A DNA stretch of 38,473 nt, from the NCBI GenBank assembly GCA_046292975.1, contig JBKBPW010000003.1:1-38473 (forward strand). Reading direction: 5' to 3'. Under the pieces are notes generated by a model that was not told where the DNA came from, did no database searches, and saw only the letters and a list, made by a program, of their open reading frames with translations. Position 1 is the stretch's first letter. The number at the start of each line of letters is the position of its first letter. Source of the stretch: Thermodesulfovibrionales bacterium (GTDB lineage: Bacteria; Nitrospirota; Thermodesulfovibrionia; Thermodesulfovibrionales; CALJEL01). A program made the position numbers and the translations under genes. Positions 28,045-37,837 of the stretch are shown one piece after another.

Positions 28045-28465
28045 TTGAAAAATCGAATGGAATTGAGCAATCACTTTTGCAACTATTCACAGCCACTGAT
28101 AATTTCAGATTTCGAGACAGAAAAGAGTTGAAATTTTCAAATAAAACTAATGAAAATAAAATCCAAGTTGTCAAAAAGCGCAAAGTGGATACAAGGATAG
28201 GAATTCAGCTGATTTCTAAAAAAAAAGATAAGAATAAGTATTATAATGAAAATAAGAGAATTTATTAAATTAATAGGCAGTGTAATTATCACAACATTGT
28301 ACCTTCCTGATTAAAGGGAACAAGTAAAAAGCGATTGAAATGAAGATAAAGCAGGTTTTTTATGTTAGATTCTACAAATCTTTTGAATCAGAGGAATGAA
28401 ATTAAAAGAAGAATCTGGTATTGTATTTTCCATAAAGAATGGACTTCAATAAAAGGAGGCCCTTT

Positions 28466-28660
28466 ATGTCTGAGTTTGAACTGAAGATTGAGGGTATGAG
28501 CTGTCAGCACTGTGTTATGAGGGTTAAAAAGGCACTTGAGTCTGTAAAGGGTGTAAAATCTGCAGAGGTTGAGATAGGAAGGGCAAAGGTGAACTGTGAT
28601 TGTAAAAGAGAAGAACTTATAGAGGCTCTCACAAAGGCTGGTTACAAAGTAATAGATTAA
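28466..28660 (+). CDS. Heavy-metal-associated (CopZ-like) chaperone
   Basis: IEGMSCQHCVMRVKKAL...AGY; AGGAGG SD before ATG 28466. Confidence 0.9.
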   Translation: MSEFELKIEGMSCQHCVMRVKKALESVKGVKSAEVEIGRAKVNCDCKREELIEALTKAGYKVID

Positions 28661-28688
28661 TAGATCAAAGAGATGGGACTTCTATATA

Positions 28689-30737
28689 TCAAGAACGAAT
28701 GGCCCCTCCGGTCTTTTCTATAAGGAGGATTATTATCTTTTCATGCAGTTGCTCTACCTCTTCTTCTGTAAGGGTCCTGTCCTTTGCCCTGTAGCGAATC
28801 CTGAGGCCTATACTCTTTTTACCTTCAGGTATATTGCCGCCCCTGAAATAGTCAAAGATGGTAACTGCCTCAATAAGCTCAGCTGGATAGGAGGTAATCA
28901 AATCTCTCAGGAGTTGGGCTGATATTTCATTATCCACAACCAGGGCTAAATCCCTTTCAATATAGGGATAGACAGGGATCGCTTTGAATACAGGCTCAGG
29001 ACCTCTATGACTGAAGAGTAAATCAAGGTTTATCTCAAAAAGAGCGACAGGAGATTCTGTCTTCAGGTCAAGGGAATCAGCCACCTTTGGAGAAAGAATC
29101 CCAAGAAAGCCGATCTTTTTTTGATTTATAAATATGTCTGCTGACTGACCCGGGTGTAGAAAAGATTCATATGAGGCTTTCAATTTAAAATTAATCCTGA
29201 ATTCATTGAAAATCCCATCTATTATCTCCCTGAGGATATAATAGGGGTTAATGTTGTCCTTCCATAAGACAGGTCTCGGGCTTTGCCAGTAGAGGGCCCC
29301 GAGGTGAAGCCTTTCATCAGGGAGTTCATTATCCTTCTTAAAGAATACCTTTGATATCTCAAAAAGAGAAACCTCCTTTATGCCATATCTTATATTGGTT
29401 CTCAGGTTATTAAGAAGAGAAAGGGTTATATTGGTCCTTAAAAAGGACTCCTCTTTTTTTAGAGGATTTCTAAGTTCAATAGCCTTGAATCTTTCATCCC
29501 TTTCATCTATCATGAGTTTCTTAAGATCATCTATGTTCATAAAACTCAGGTTTATTGTCTCTGAATAACCCTTTGCCCTGAATATTGCCTTTATGAACTC
29601 TATATCTTTGAATTTTTTGTTTACTGTAATGGACAGTCTCTCCTCTGGCATTATTGAGGGAATCCTGTCATATCCCCTTATCCTTGAAACCTCCTCTATG
29701 AGATCAATCTCTGTATTTATATCAGGTCTTCTTGAAAGTGTCTTTACAATAAAAAGTCCCTCCTCTTTTCTTATCTCAAAACCGAGTAGCTGAAGTATAT
29801 CTCTTACTTCATCAGATGAAATATCCTCACCTATTATTTTCTTTATCCTCTCTAACCTTAGTTTTATATCAGAAGACTTGAATTTAAGGGGATACTCATC
29901 AAGAACCTCCATAAGTTCACCACCGGCAATTTCAAGTATAAACTCTACTGCCATGTCTGTACAGAAAAGAAGTCCTTCAATGTCTGTGCCCCTTTCAAAT
30001 CTGTAGGACGCCTCTGTCTTCAAACCAAGTCTCTTTGAGCTTCTTCTTATTGATGATGGGTTAAAATAAGCAGCTTCAAGAAGGATGTTCTTTGTATCAG
30101 GCCTTACCTCTGTCTCCTCTCCTCCCATAATACCTGCAATTGCAACAGGCCTCTCTGCATCCCAGATAAGTAATGTATCTTCTGGAAGAGACCTTTCCAC
30201 TCCATCAAGTGTCTTTATCTTTTGACCTTTACCAGCCTGAGCTATCCTTATGAGATTACCCTTTAAGGTGTCAAGGTCAAAGGCATGAAGTGGATGGCCA
30301 TAGCCAAGCAATATATAATTAGTTATATCAACAATATTGTTTATAGACCTGAGATCACACTGCTCAAGTCTCTTTTTCAACCATTCTGGAGAGTCACCAA
30401 CCTTCACATTTTTTATTATCCTGGCTGTATATCTTGGACAGAGTACTGGATCATCTATGATTATCTTGAATTTACCATGGGACTCTGCACTCAAAGGCCT
30501 TTTCAATTGAGGCTCTCTGAATTCCTTTCTAAAAGCAATGGCTATTTCCCTTGATATGCCTGATACTGACAGACAATCTGGTCTGTTTGGCGTGATGCTT
30601 ATATCAAAGATAATTTCTCCATTGGTTTCCTCAATCTGCTCTACCTCAAGACCCAACATGGTGAGCCTTAAGGCAATTTCTGCTGGAGAGGCATTAATAG
30701 CAACAAACTCCTTTATCCAGCTAAGCGGCACCCTCAT
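28689..30737 (-). CDS. pheT: Phenylalanine--tRNA ligase beta subunit (short form)
   Basis: SWIKEFV, ITPNRPDCLS, NNIVDITNY, RFERGTD, DLIEEV.RI.GY; C-terminal anticodon-binding domain (GKKS..RIRYRA.DRTLT). Confidence 0.98.
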   Translation of the reverse strand: MRVPLSWIKEFVAINASPAEIALRLTMLGLEVEQIEETNGEIIFDISITPNRPDCLSVSGISREIAIAFRKEFREPQLKRPLSAESHGKFKIIIDDPVLCPRYTARIIKNVKVGDSPEWLKKRLEQCDLRSINNIVDITNYILLGYGHPLHAFDLDTLKGNLIRIAQAGKGQKIKTLDGVERSLPEDTLLIWDAERPVAIAGIMGGEETEVRPDTKNILLEAAYFNPSSIRRSSKRLGLKTEASYRFERGTDIEGLLFCTDMAVEFILEIAGGELMEVLDEYPLKFKSSDIKLRLERIKKIIGEDISSDEVRDILQLLGFEIRKEEGLFIVKTLSRRPDINTEIDLIEEVSRIRGYDRIPSIMPEERLSITVNKKFKDIEFIKAIFRAKGYSETINLSFMNIDDLKKLMIDERDERFKAIELRNPLKKEESFLRTNITLSLLNNLRTNIRYGIKEVSLFEISKVFFKKDNELPDERLHLGALYWQSPRPVLWKDNINPYYILREIIDGIFNEFRINFKLKASYESFLHPGQSADIFINQKKIGFLGILSPKVADSLDLKTESPVALFEINLDLLFSHRGPEPVFKAIPVYPYIERDLALVVDNEISAQLLRDLITSYPAELIEAVTIFDYFRGGNIPEGKKSIGLRIRYRAKDRTLTEEEVEQLHEKIIILLIEKTGGAIRS

Positions 30738-31750
30738 CAGAATTGCTCCAGAAACATGAGGTTATTTTCATAGAAAAGTCTTATATCATCTATCCTGTAA
30801 CGGAGCATTGCTATCCTTTCCACGCCAAGACCAAAGGCAAATCCTGTATATCTCTCTGTATCATAGCCAACAGCCTCAAAGACCCTTGGATGAACCATTC
30901 CTGCTCCAAGGATCTCCAGCCAGCCAGAGTTCTTGCATACCCTGCAACCTTTCTGACCACATAAAAGACATCCAATATCAACCTCAGCAGATGGTTCTGT
31001 AAAGGGAAAATAACTGGGTCTAAATCTGACTGGTGTCTCTGGACCAAAGAGTTCTCTAAGGAATGCCTCAAGAACAGCCTTGAGATTTGCCATTGAGATA
31101 TCCTCTCCTACCATAAGACCTTCTACCTGATGAAACATGGGGCTGTGAGTAACATCGGCATCACAACGATAGACCTTACCAGGTGCTATCATCCTAAGGG
31201 GCGGTTTTTTCTTTTTCATGACCCTGATCTGCACAGGAGATGTATGGGTCCTTAAGAGTATCTCATCTGTAATATAAAAGGTATCCTGCATATCCCTGGC
31301 AGGATGGTCTTTGGGAATATTGAGTGCCTCAAAATTGTAATGGTCAAGCTCAACCTCTGGACCCTCCTCAACAGAAAAGCCCATGGAGGAAAAGATATCT
31401 ATAATCTCCTTCAGGGTCTTTGTAAGTGGATGTTCATTGCCAAATCTCTGCAGTCTTCCAGGAAGGGTTATATCTATCTTTTCTGATGAGAGTTTTTTAA
31501 GATATTCTATCTCTATGAGCTCTTTTTCCTTCTCAGCAAGCCTTCTTTCAATATACTCCTTAAGCTCATTCAAAATCTTGCCTCTCGTAGGTCTTTCTTC
31601 CTTTGGGAGGGATTGAAGTGCCTTTATTGACTCAGCAATAATACCCTTTTTACCAAGATAACTAGCCTTCAATACTGAAAGGCCCTCTCTATGAGAAAGG
31701 GCCTTTAATTCCTGCTCAAATTTTTCTTTCAGTTCCTCTGGATTTTCCAT
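30737..31750 (-). CDS. pheS: Phenylalanine--tRNA ligase alpha subunit
   Basis: HPARDMQDTFY, LRTHTSPVQ, THSPMFHQVEG, FPFTEPS, GFAFGLGVERIAM. Confidence 0.99.
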   Translation of the reverse strand: MENPEELKEKFEQELKALSHREGLSVLKASYLGKKGIIAESIKALQSLPKEERPTRGKILNELKEYIERRLAEKEKELIEIEYLKKLSSEKIDITLPGRLQRFGNEHPLTKTLKEIIDIFSSMGFSVEEGPEVELDHYNFEALNIPKDHPARDMQDTFYITDEILLRTHTSPVQIRVMKKKKPPLRMIAPGKVYRCDADVTHSPMFHQVEGLMVGEDISMANLKAVLEAFLRELFGPETPVRFRPSYFPFTEPSAEVDIGCLLCGQKGCRVCKNSGWLEILGAGMVHPRVFEAVGYDTERYTGFAFGLGVERIAMLRYRIDDIRLFYENNLMFLEQF

Positions 31751-31769
31751 TGATTAAAAAGGAAATATC

Positions 31770-32129
31770 TCAGGCACTCAGGCTGGACTTTGCTGTATCA
31801 ACTATTTTTTCAAAAGCCTTTGGATCATTAAGAGCCATATCTGCAAGGACCTTCCTGTTAAGCTCAATCCTTGCTTTCTTGAGTCCCTCCATGAGCTTGC
31901 CATAGGTTATTCCACATGCCCTTGCCGCTGCATTTATCCTTACTATCCACAGGCTACGCATATCGCGCTTCTTTGCCCTCCTGTCACGGTAGGCATACTG
32001 AAGGGCCTTCTCAACAGCACCTGCTGCTACCTTATAAGAACGGCTCCTTGCACCATAATAGCCCTTGGCAAGTTCAAGAATCTTTTTATGTCTTCTCCTT
32101 GTCTTAAAACCACCTTTTGCCCTTGGCAT
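31770..32129 (-). CDS. rplT: 50S ribosomal protein L20
   Basis: [39 protein letters not shown]. Confidence 0.99.
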   Translation of the reverse strand: MPRAKGGFKTRRRHKKILELAKGYYGARSRSYKVAAGAVEKALQYAYRDRRAKKRDMRSLWIVRINAAARACGITYGKLMEGLKKARIELNRKVLADMALNDPKAFEKIVDTAKSSLSA

Positions 32130-32141
32130 CTTTTTTCCTCC

Positions 32142-32342
32142 TTAAAATAAATATGGTAAAAGGTTTCTGAGTTTTTTGTAGTCACTATCTGACACAATAG
32201 CAGACTCTCTCAGCCTCCTTGTCCTTTTTGAAGGCTTGCCAGTAAGGAGATGGCTTTTATTAGCCTTCCTTCTCATTATCTTTCCAGTTCCGGTGACCTT
32301 AAATCTCTTTTTTGCACCACTATGGGTCTTTAGTTTTGGCAT
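32142..32342 (-). CDS. rpmI: 50S ribosomal protein L35
   Basis: [21 protein letters not shown]...HLL. Confidence 0.99.
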   Translation of the reverse strand: MPKLKTHSGAKKRFKVTGTGKIMRRKANKSHLLTGKPSKRTRRLRESAIVSDSDYKKLRNLLPYLF

Positions 32343-32353
32343 CCCGACCTCCT

Positions 32354-32815
32354 TTATGTTCGCTTTTTCTTTTTTATCTGTTTAATCTCTGTGCTATCTC
32401 TGTGAGAGATAATCTCTGTCTTTATTTCAGAAACCTCTTTTTCTACCTTACTTAATCCACCCTTAAATTCTGCCCTCAACTTCTCCTCTGTTTCCTTTAA
32501 AATACCTCTAAACCTGTCCTCTGTCTCCTTTAGACCAGTTCTGAACTCTGCCCTTAATTTATCCTCCGTCTCCTTTAGACCAGTTCTGAACTCTGCCCTT
32601 AACTTCTCCTCCGTTTCTTTTAGACCAGTCTTGAACTCTGCCCTTAATTCCTTCTTGGTCTCTTCATTTGTAGTCTTGATAAGCCGTTTTATATCTTCTT
32701 GAGCATCTATCACAAAATTCAGTTTATGCTGAAAATCCTCAGCCAGAATACCGAGATACCTTTTCAGTTCCTCTTTAAACTCCTCAGCATCTGCCTTAGT
32801 AAAATAATCACTCAT
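32354..32815 (-). CDS. Hypothetical coiled-coil protein with 15-aa tandem repeats, inserted between infC and rpmI
   Basis: Intact 153-aa ORF starting 1 nt after the infC stop; (KETE.KLRAEF.TGL)n repeats. Confidence 0.8.
   Translation of the reverse strand: MSDYFTKADAEEFKEELKRYLGILAEDFQHKLNFVIDAQEDIKRLIKTTNEETKKELRAEFKTGLKETEEKLRAEFRTGLKETEDKLRAEFRTGLKETEDRFRGILKETEEKLRAEFKGGLSKVEKEVSEIKTEIISHRDSTEIKQIKKKKRT
32463..32650 (-). repeat. 45-bp tandem repeat (about 3 copies, plus a 33-bp variant and a partial copy)
   Basis: tttagaccagttctgaactctgcccttaa... recurs at a 45-nt period. Confidence 0.9.
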
Positions 32816-32816
32816 C

Positions 32817-33314
32817 CTATTTTCCTGGTGCTACAACCATTGTTATATTACTGCCTTCAAGGGTTGGTTTTTTCTCAATAGCAAATTTACCCTCTATCAT
32901 CTCAATAAGTCGCTCAAAAACCTTCATTCCGAGATCCGGTCTTGTTGCCTCTCTTCCTCTGAGCATCATGGTAATCTTTGCCTTGTTGCCATCATCAAGA
33001 AATCTCCTTATATTTTTGGCTTTCAACTGAAGGTCATGGTCATCTATCCTTGGTCTCAGTTTTATCTCTTTCACATCAACTGTCTTTTTCTGGTGAGACT
33101 TCTTCTGCATCTGGTATCTGTATTTTCCATAATCCATAATCCTGCAGACAGGCGGATTGGCATTTGGAGCAACTTCAACAAGGTCAAGACCCCTTTCCCT
33201 CGCAAGGGCAAGTGCCTCCTTTATCGGAACCACACCCACCTGACTGCCATCAACATCAATAAGCCTCACTTCGCTTCTTCTTATTGCCTCATTTACTCTG
33301 ACTTCCTTTTCTAT
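32817..33314 (-). CDS. infC: Translation initiation factor IF-3 (probable non-canonical ATA start)
   Basis: VNEAI...VRLID.DG, LDLVEVAP..PPVCRIMDYGKY, KEIKLRP.ID.HD; AGGAGGTG SD, 6 nt, then ATA at 33314. Confidence 0.97.
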   Translation of the reverse strand: MEKEVRVNEAIRRSEVRLIDVDGSQVGVVPIKEALALARERGLDLVEVAPNANPPVCRIMDYGKYRYQMQKKSHQKKTVDVKEIKLRPRIDDHDLQLKAKNIRRFLDDGNKAKITMMLRGREATRPDLGMKVFERLIEMIEGKFAIEKKPTLEGSNITMVVAPGK

Positions 33315-33319
33315 GAATG

Positions 33320-35089
33320 TCACCTCCTTAATTTAATTTCCTCTTTGAGGAATGCCAGAAAGGCATCTGCCTCAAAGGGTCCGATATTTTCTCCATTTCT
33401 CTTTCTCACGGTATAAGTATTTTCAGAAATCTCTTTATCACCTATTATAACCATATAAGGCACTTTCTTTAAAGTCATCTCCCTGATTTTATAGCCTATT
33501 TTTTCATTTTCAGACCTCAGTTCAGAACGAATCCCGTTCTCTTTAAGGAACCTGTGAAATTCTATCGCAGAGTCATTATGCCTTTCACTTATGGGAAGCA
33601 CAGCCACCTGTACAGGTGCGAGCCACAGAGGAAAGGCACCTGCATAATGCTCAATAAGTATACCAAAGAATCTCTCAAGTGAACCCATCAAGGCCCTGTG
33701 AATCATTATTGGTCTGTGGTCCTTTCCATCACTACCACGATAGGTGACATCAAATCTTTCAGGGTTATTGAAATCAACCTGTATGGTACTGCACTGCCAG
33801 GGCCTTCCAAGACAGTCTTTTACCTTTATATCTATCTTCGGGCCATAAAATACACCTTCGCCAGGGTCTATGGAATATTGCAGACCCTTTATCTCAAGCG
33901 CCCTTTTAAGGGCATTGGTTGAGCGTTCCCAGTTTTCAGGTGTTCCAACATATTTTTCAGGTCTGGTAGAAAGATATATATCATACTCATTGAAACCAAA
34001 GGTTCTCAAGATATAAAGGGTGAAATCAAGGACATGTAGGACCTCTTCCTCTATCTGGTCTTCTCTGCAGAATATATGGGCATCATCCTGAGTAAATCCC
34101 CTCACCCTTAGAAGTCCATGAAGCACACCGGATCTCTCATATCTATAGACCGTGCCAAGTTCTGCAAACCTTATTGGCATCTCCCTGTAACTTCTGAGCT
34201 GACTTTTATAAATGCTGATATGAAAAGGACAGTTCATTGGTTTCAACTGATAGGGCACACCCTCTATATCCATGGGTGAATACATATTTTCTCTGTAATA
34301 ATCAAGATGACCGCTCCTTTTCCATAAGTCAAGCCTTGCTATGTGCGGTGTATAGAGAAGTTTATAATCAGCCTTGAGATGTTCATCTCTCCAGAAGTCC
34401 TCTATAATCTTTCTTACAATAGCACCATTGGGATGCCACAGTACCAGTCCTGAACCTATATCATCATTTATACTGAAAAGATCAAGCTCCTTACCGAGTT
34501 TTCTGTGGTCTCTTTTTTTAACCTCTTCAAGAAAGGTTAGATATTCTTTAAGTTTATTTTCCTCGAAAAAGGCCGTACCATATATCCTCTGAAGCATCTT
34601 GTTTCTCTCATCACCTTTCCAGTAGGCACCAGCAATACTCAAAAGTTTAAAAAACTTTATCTTTCCAGCCCTTGGCACATGAGGTCCTCTACAGAGATCA
34701 ATAAAATCTCCTTCCTCATAAACTGTTACCTCATCATCAGGAATTTCATTAATGAGTTCAATTTTGTAAGGTTCATTGAGTCTTTTAAAAAGTTCAAGGG
34801 CTTCCTGCTTATTGAGTACCTTCTTTACAAAGGGTCTGTCCTCTCTGATTATCTTCTTCATTTCATCTTCTATGTTTTTAAGGTCTTCAGGTGTTAAAGG
34901 TCTTTCTATATCAAAGTCATAATAAAATCCATTCTCTATGGCAGGGCCTATAGCAAGTTTTGCTTCAGGAAATAATCTTTTTACAGCATGGGCCATTATA
35001 TGGGCAGTGCTATGACGATAGGTCTCAAGGGAAAGTTGCTCTGAGACCTCTGATTCCTTTCTTGACTGCTCCGGATTATTTACTGACAT
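33320..35089 (-). CDS. thrS: Threonine--tRNA ligase (lacking the N-terminal TGS domain)
   Basis: [64 protein letters not shown]. Confidence 0.99.
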   Translation of the reverse strand: MSVNNPEQSRKESEVSEQLSLETYRHSTAHIMAHAVKRLFPEAKLAIGPAIENGFYYDFDIERPLTPEDLKNIEDEMKKIIREDRPFVKKVLNKQEALELFKRLNEPYKIELINEIPDDEVTVYEEGDFIDLCRGPHVPRAGKIKFFKLLSIAGAYWKGDERNKMLQRIYGTAFFEENKLKEYLTFLEEVKKRDHRKLGKELDLFSINDDIGSGLVLWHPNGAIVRKIIEDFWRDEHLKADYKLLYTPHIARLDLWKRSGHLDYYRENMYSPMDIEGVPYQLKPMNCPFHISIYKSQLRSYREMPIRFAELGTVYRYERSGVLHGLLRVRGFTQDDAHIFCREDQIEEEVLHVLDFTLYILRTFGFNEYDIYLSTRPEKYVGTPENWERSTNALKRALEIKGLQYSIDPGEGVFYGPKIDIKVKDCLGRPWQCSTIQVDFNNPERFDVTYRGSDGKDHRPIMIHRALMGSLERFFGILIEHYAGAFPLWLAPVQVAVLPISERHNDSAIEFHRFLKENGIRSELRSENEKIGYKIREMTLKKVPYMVIIGDKEISENTYTVRKRNGENIGPFEADAFLAFLKEEIKLRR

Positions 35090-35643
35090 ATTTTATTTCT
35101 TTTATTAGCTCCCCTTGTTTTGGATTCAGTCCGAATTGTTCCGAGAAGTCTTTGTATTGCCCTATCCAGGGCTTCATCAATAATCTTCATTTCATCATCA
35201 CTAAATCTCTGAAGGACATATTCTTCAGGGGGAATCTCCTTTGACCTTCCAATTCCGATCTTTAATCTCATAAAGCCATCACCAATTGCGTCAATAATAG
35301 ACTGAACACCTCTATGACCACCCGATGAACCTCTCTTGCGAATCCTTATCTTACCAGGCTCCATATCAAGGTCGTCATGAATTACTATAACATTCTCTGG
35401 GGGTATACCCATCTTCATACACAGGTTTCCTATTGCCTCTCCACTCCTGTTCATGTATGTCAATGGTTTCATAAGTATAATGTCCATTTCGTCAATAAAT
35501 ACCCTATCCATCATGTAGATCCCGAAATCCTTAAGCCTCACATTCCAGAGCCTGCAGAGTCTGTCAATGAACATAAAACCAATGTTATGTCTTGTGAATT
35601 CATACTTTTTCCCAGGATTTCCGAGGCCAGCAAGGAGCCACAA
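35080..35643 (-). CDS. pth: Peptidyl-tRNA hydrolase
   Basis: [44 protein letters not shown]; TTG start. Confidence 0.98.
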   Translation of the reverse strand: MWLLAGLGNPGKKYEFTRHNIGFMFIDRLCRLWNVRLKDFGIYMMDRVFIDEMDIILMKPLTYMNRSGEAIGNLCMKMGIPPENVIVIHDDLDMEPGKIRIRKRGSSGGHRGVQSIIDAIGDGFMRLKIGIGRSKEIPPEEYVLQRFSDDEMKIIDEALDRAIQRLLGTIRTESKTRGANKRNKICQ

Positions 35644-36303
35644 TTACTTCTTGCCCTCTTCGGTCTCTTCAACCTCTTCCTTCTTGCCCTTCTTTATTAC
35701 CTCAGGCTCTGTTACCTCTGGTGCAGCTGCTGGAGCAACCTCCTCAACAACAGATGCTGTGACAGTGGCTATTACCTCTTCTCTGTCTGTGAGTATTTTT
35801 ATTCCCTCTCCAAGCTTGAGGTCAGATACATGAATTGATTGACCAACTGCAAGGTCTGATACATCGATCTCAATGTGACCTGGTATCTTATCAGGAAGCG
35901 CCTCTATCTCAAGCTCTCTGAGGGTATGCTGAAGGATTCCGCCCTGTTCCTTCACACCCTTCGGGATACCTTTTGTAATAACCTTTACTGTAACCCTTAC
36001 AGTCTCTGTTAATAGAACCTCCTGAAAATCTGTATGCAGAAGATCTCCTGATACAGGATCAACTTGGTAGTCCTTAATAACAGCAAGTCTGTTACCTTCA
36101 GGGAATTGGAGATTTATAAGGATATTCTCACCCTTTGTTTTCTTAAGGAGTTTTACGAATTCTACCTGTGGAATCCTTATAGCTTCGGACTTCCCAGCCC
36201 TGTATATAACAGCAGGCAATTCACCGTTCCTTCTGAGGGAACGCGCAACTCCCTTGCCAGTGGCCTCCCTTTTGTATGCAGTTATAGAAACCCTTTCCAT
36301 CAT
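35644..36303 (-). CDS. rplY: 50S ribosomal protein L25 / general stress protein Ctc
   Basis: GKGVARSLRRNG.LPAVIY, QVDPV...LHTDF, GVKEQGG, IPGHIEIDVS.L. Confidence 0.97.
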   Translation of the reverse strand: MMERVSITAYKREATGKGVARSLRRNGELPAVIYRAGKSEAIRIPQVEFVKLLKKTKGENILINLQFPEGNRLAVIKDYQVDPVSGDLLHTDFQEVLLTETVRVTVKVITKGIPKGVKEQGGILQHTLRELEIEALPDKIPGHIEIDVSDLAVGQSIHVSDLKLGEGIKILTDREEVIATVTASVVEEVAPAAAPEVTEPEVIKKGKKEEVEETEEGKK

Positions 36304-36350
36304 TTCCTCCTCAAAATCTTTATTACTCTTTCATAAGTGCTGAAGCACCT

Positions 36351-37295
36351 TTATACAAATAATGAACTTATTGATGTCTCTTCATGAATTCTCTTTATTG
36401 CCTCTGCAAGCAATGAGCCTATACTCAAGACCCTTAACTTCTTACAAGAATCCTGTTTGCTATCAAGAGGAATGGTATTTGTTACTATCACCTCCTTGAT
36501 AGGAGAATTATTCAATCTCTCGATGGCTGGACCTGAAAGCACCGCATGTGTGCAGGCGGCATTTACTGATCTTGCACCATGCTCTATAAGGGCCTGTGCA
36601 GCCAGTGTGGTTGTGCCTCCTGTGTCAATTATATCATCAAGGATCAAGGTATCCTTACCCATTACATCACCGATAACATGCATGACCTGGGCTACATTTG
36701 CCCTTTCTCTTCTTTTATCAATAATTGCAAGTGATGAACCAAGCTTTCTGGCAAATGTCCTTGCCCTTTCCACGCCACCTGCATCTGGTGAGACTATGAC
36801 AAGCCTTTCACTGTCATAATGTGACTTTATATAATCAAGTAGTACAGGCATTGCATAAAGATGATCAACAGGTATATCAAAAAAACCCTGTATCTGGCCA
36901 GCATGAAGGTCCATTGTAAGTACCCTGTTTGCACCTGCAACTGTTATGAGGTCGGCAACAAGCCTCGATGATATAGGAACCCTTGGCTGGACCTTCCTAT
37001 CCTGTCTTGCATATCCATAATAGGGAATAACTGCAGTAATCCTCCTTGCAGAGGCCCTTCTCAGGGCATCAATTATTAAAAGAAGTTCCATAATATTATG
37101 ATTAACTGGTGCGCAGGTTGGTTGAATAACAAAGACATCTGTACCCCGAACATTCTCATTAATCTGAACCATTATCTCGCCATCACTAAAGGTTGTTACA
37201 GTAGCATCACAAAGAGGTATACCCAGATAAGAGGCAACCTCTTCTGCAAGTTTTCTGTGGGCATTACCTGTTATTATTTTTATTCCCTCTGGCAT
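36351..37295 (-). CDS. prs: Ribose-phosphate pyrophosphokinase
   Basis: [57 protein letters not shown]; start ATG 37295 after AAGGAAGGA. Confidence 0.99.
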   Translation of the reverse strand: MPEGIKIITGNAHRKLAEEVASYLGIPLCDATVTTFSDGEIMVQINENVRGTDVFVIQPTCAPVNHNIMELLLIIDALRRASARRITAVIPYYGYARQDRKVQPRVPISSRLVADLITVAGANRVLTMDLHAGQIQGFFDIPVDHLYAMPVLLDYIKSHYDSERLVIVSPDAGGVERARTFARKLGSSLAIIDKRRERANVAQVMHVIGDVMGKDTLILDDIIDTGGTTTLAAQALIEHGARSVNAACTHAVLSGPAIERLNNSPIKEVIVTNTIPLDSKQDSCKKLRVLSIGSLLAEAIKRIHEETSISSLFV

Positions 37296-37329
37296 AATTC
37301 CTTCCTTTAACATTATATCCTTTTTATTA

Positions 37330-37402
37330 CTGGGGCGGGAGGATTCGAACCTCCAGATGGGAGATCCAAAGTCTCCTGGCTTGCCCGTTTGCCTACGCCC
37401 CA
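37330..37402 (-). tRNA. tRNA-Gln (anticodon UUG); CCA not encoded
   Basis: TGGGGCG/CGCCCCA acceptor stem (U1-A72), GGC/GCC D-stem, GGAGA-CTTTGGA-TCTCC anticodon arm, GGAGG-TTCGAAT-CCTCC T-arm; usual position upstream of prs. Confidence 0.96.
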
Positions 37403-37427
37403 TTCAGGCTGGCCAATATTGAAAATA

Positions 37428-37457
37428 ATTATAACATAAAAATAAAAATCTTAACAA
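37428..37457 (-). promoter_or_regulatory. Promoter candidate for tRNA-Gln-prs operon
   Basis: Minus strand TTGTTA, 18-nt spacer, extended -10 TGt-TATAAT (37433-37428). Confidence 0.55.
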
Positions 37458-37492
37458 TAAAAAGGCAGATTACCATCTCGGCAAACTGCCTT
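37457..37492 (-). terminator. Rho-independent terminator after dsrD
   Basis: Minus strand aaggcagtttgcc-gagat-ggtaatctgcctt followed by tttatt. Confidence 0.75.
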
Positions 37493-37533
37493 CTCTAACT
37501 ACATGCTTAGTTAATTTAATTTTTAATAATAAA

Positions 37534-37752
37534 TTATTGCTTTGGAGGTATTTCTACAAAACTTCCACCAAAGTAGGTATATATGAGTTTCCCTTCATCT
37601 ATCAATTCTTTAAGGGCAGCCTTTACATCCTGTCTCGTTACCCCTGCCTCCTCAGAAAGCTTTTTCTCTATCTCTGACTGTTTGAGCTTCTTCTTTCCCA
37701 TGGACTGTTCTACAAGACTATAGATCTTTTGCTTTAATTCTTCCTTATCCAT
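37534..37752 (-). CDS. dsrD: Dissimilatory sulfite reductase protein D (winged-helix)
   Basis: 72-aa basic protein directly downstream of dsrB; DVKAALKELIDEGKLIYTYFGGS winged-helix segment; AGGAGG SD. Confidence 0.8.
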   Translation of the reverse strand: MDKEELKQKIYSLVEQSMGKKKLKQSEIEKKLSEEAGVTRQDVKAALKELIDEGKLIYTYFGGSFVEIPPKQ

Positions 37753-37782
37753 CTCGCTCCTCCTTAATTAATTAGAATGTTA

Positions 37783-37829
37783 GGTTAAGGTCAGGGTCAA
37801 GAATCATTTTCTCAACCCTAACCTTAACC
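37783..37829 (-). repeat. 21-bp RNA hairpin in the dsrB-dsrD intergenic region
   Basis: Minus strand ggttaaggttagggttgagaa / ttcttgaccctgaccttaacc; all three non-Watson-Crick positions are G-U on the mRNA strand. Confidence 0.8.
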
Positions 37830-37837
37830 CTTTTAAA

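Noticed and set aside
28077-28268. 63-aa Lys/Asn-rich ORF
   Set aside because: TTG start, no SD, and composition explained by AT-rich DNA
32463-32650. 45-bp repeats as a possible CRISPR array
   Set aside because: Contiguous in-frame coding repeats with no unique spacers and no cas genes
37296-37403. N-terminal extension of Prs in the ORF track
   Set aside because: It reads through tRNA-Gln; the true start is ATG 37295 with an SD
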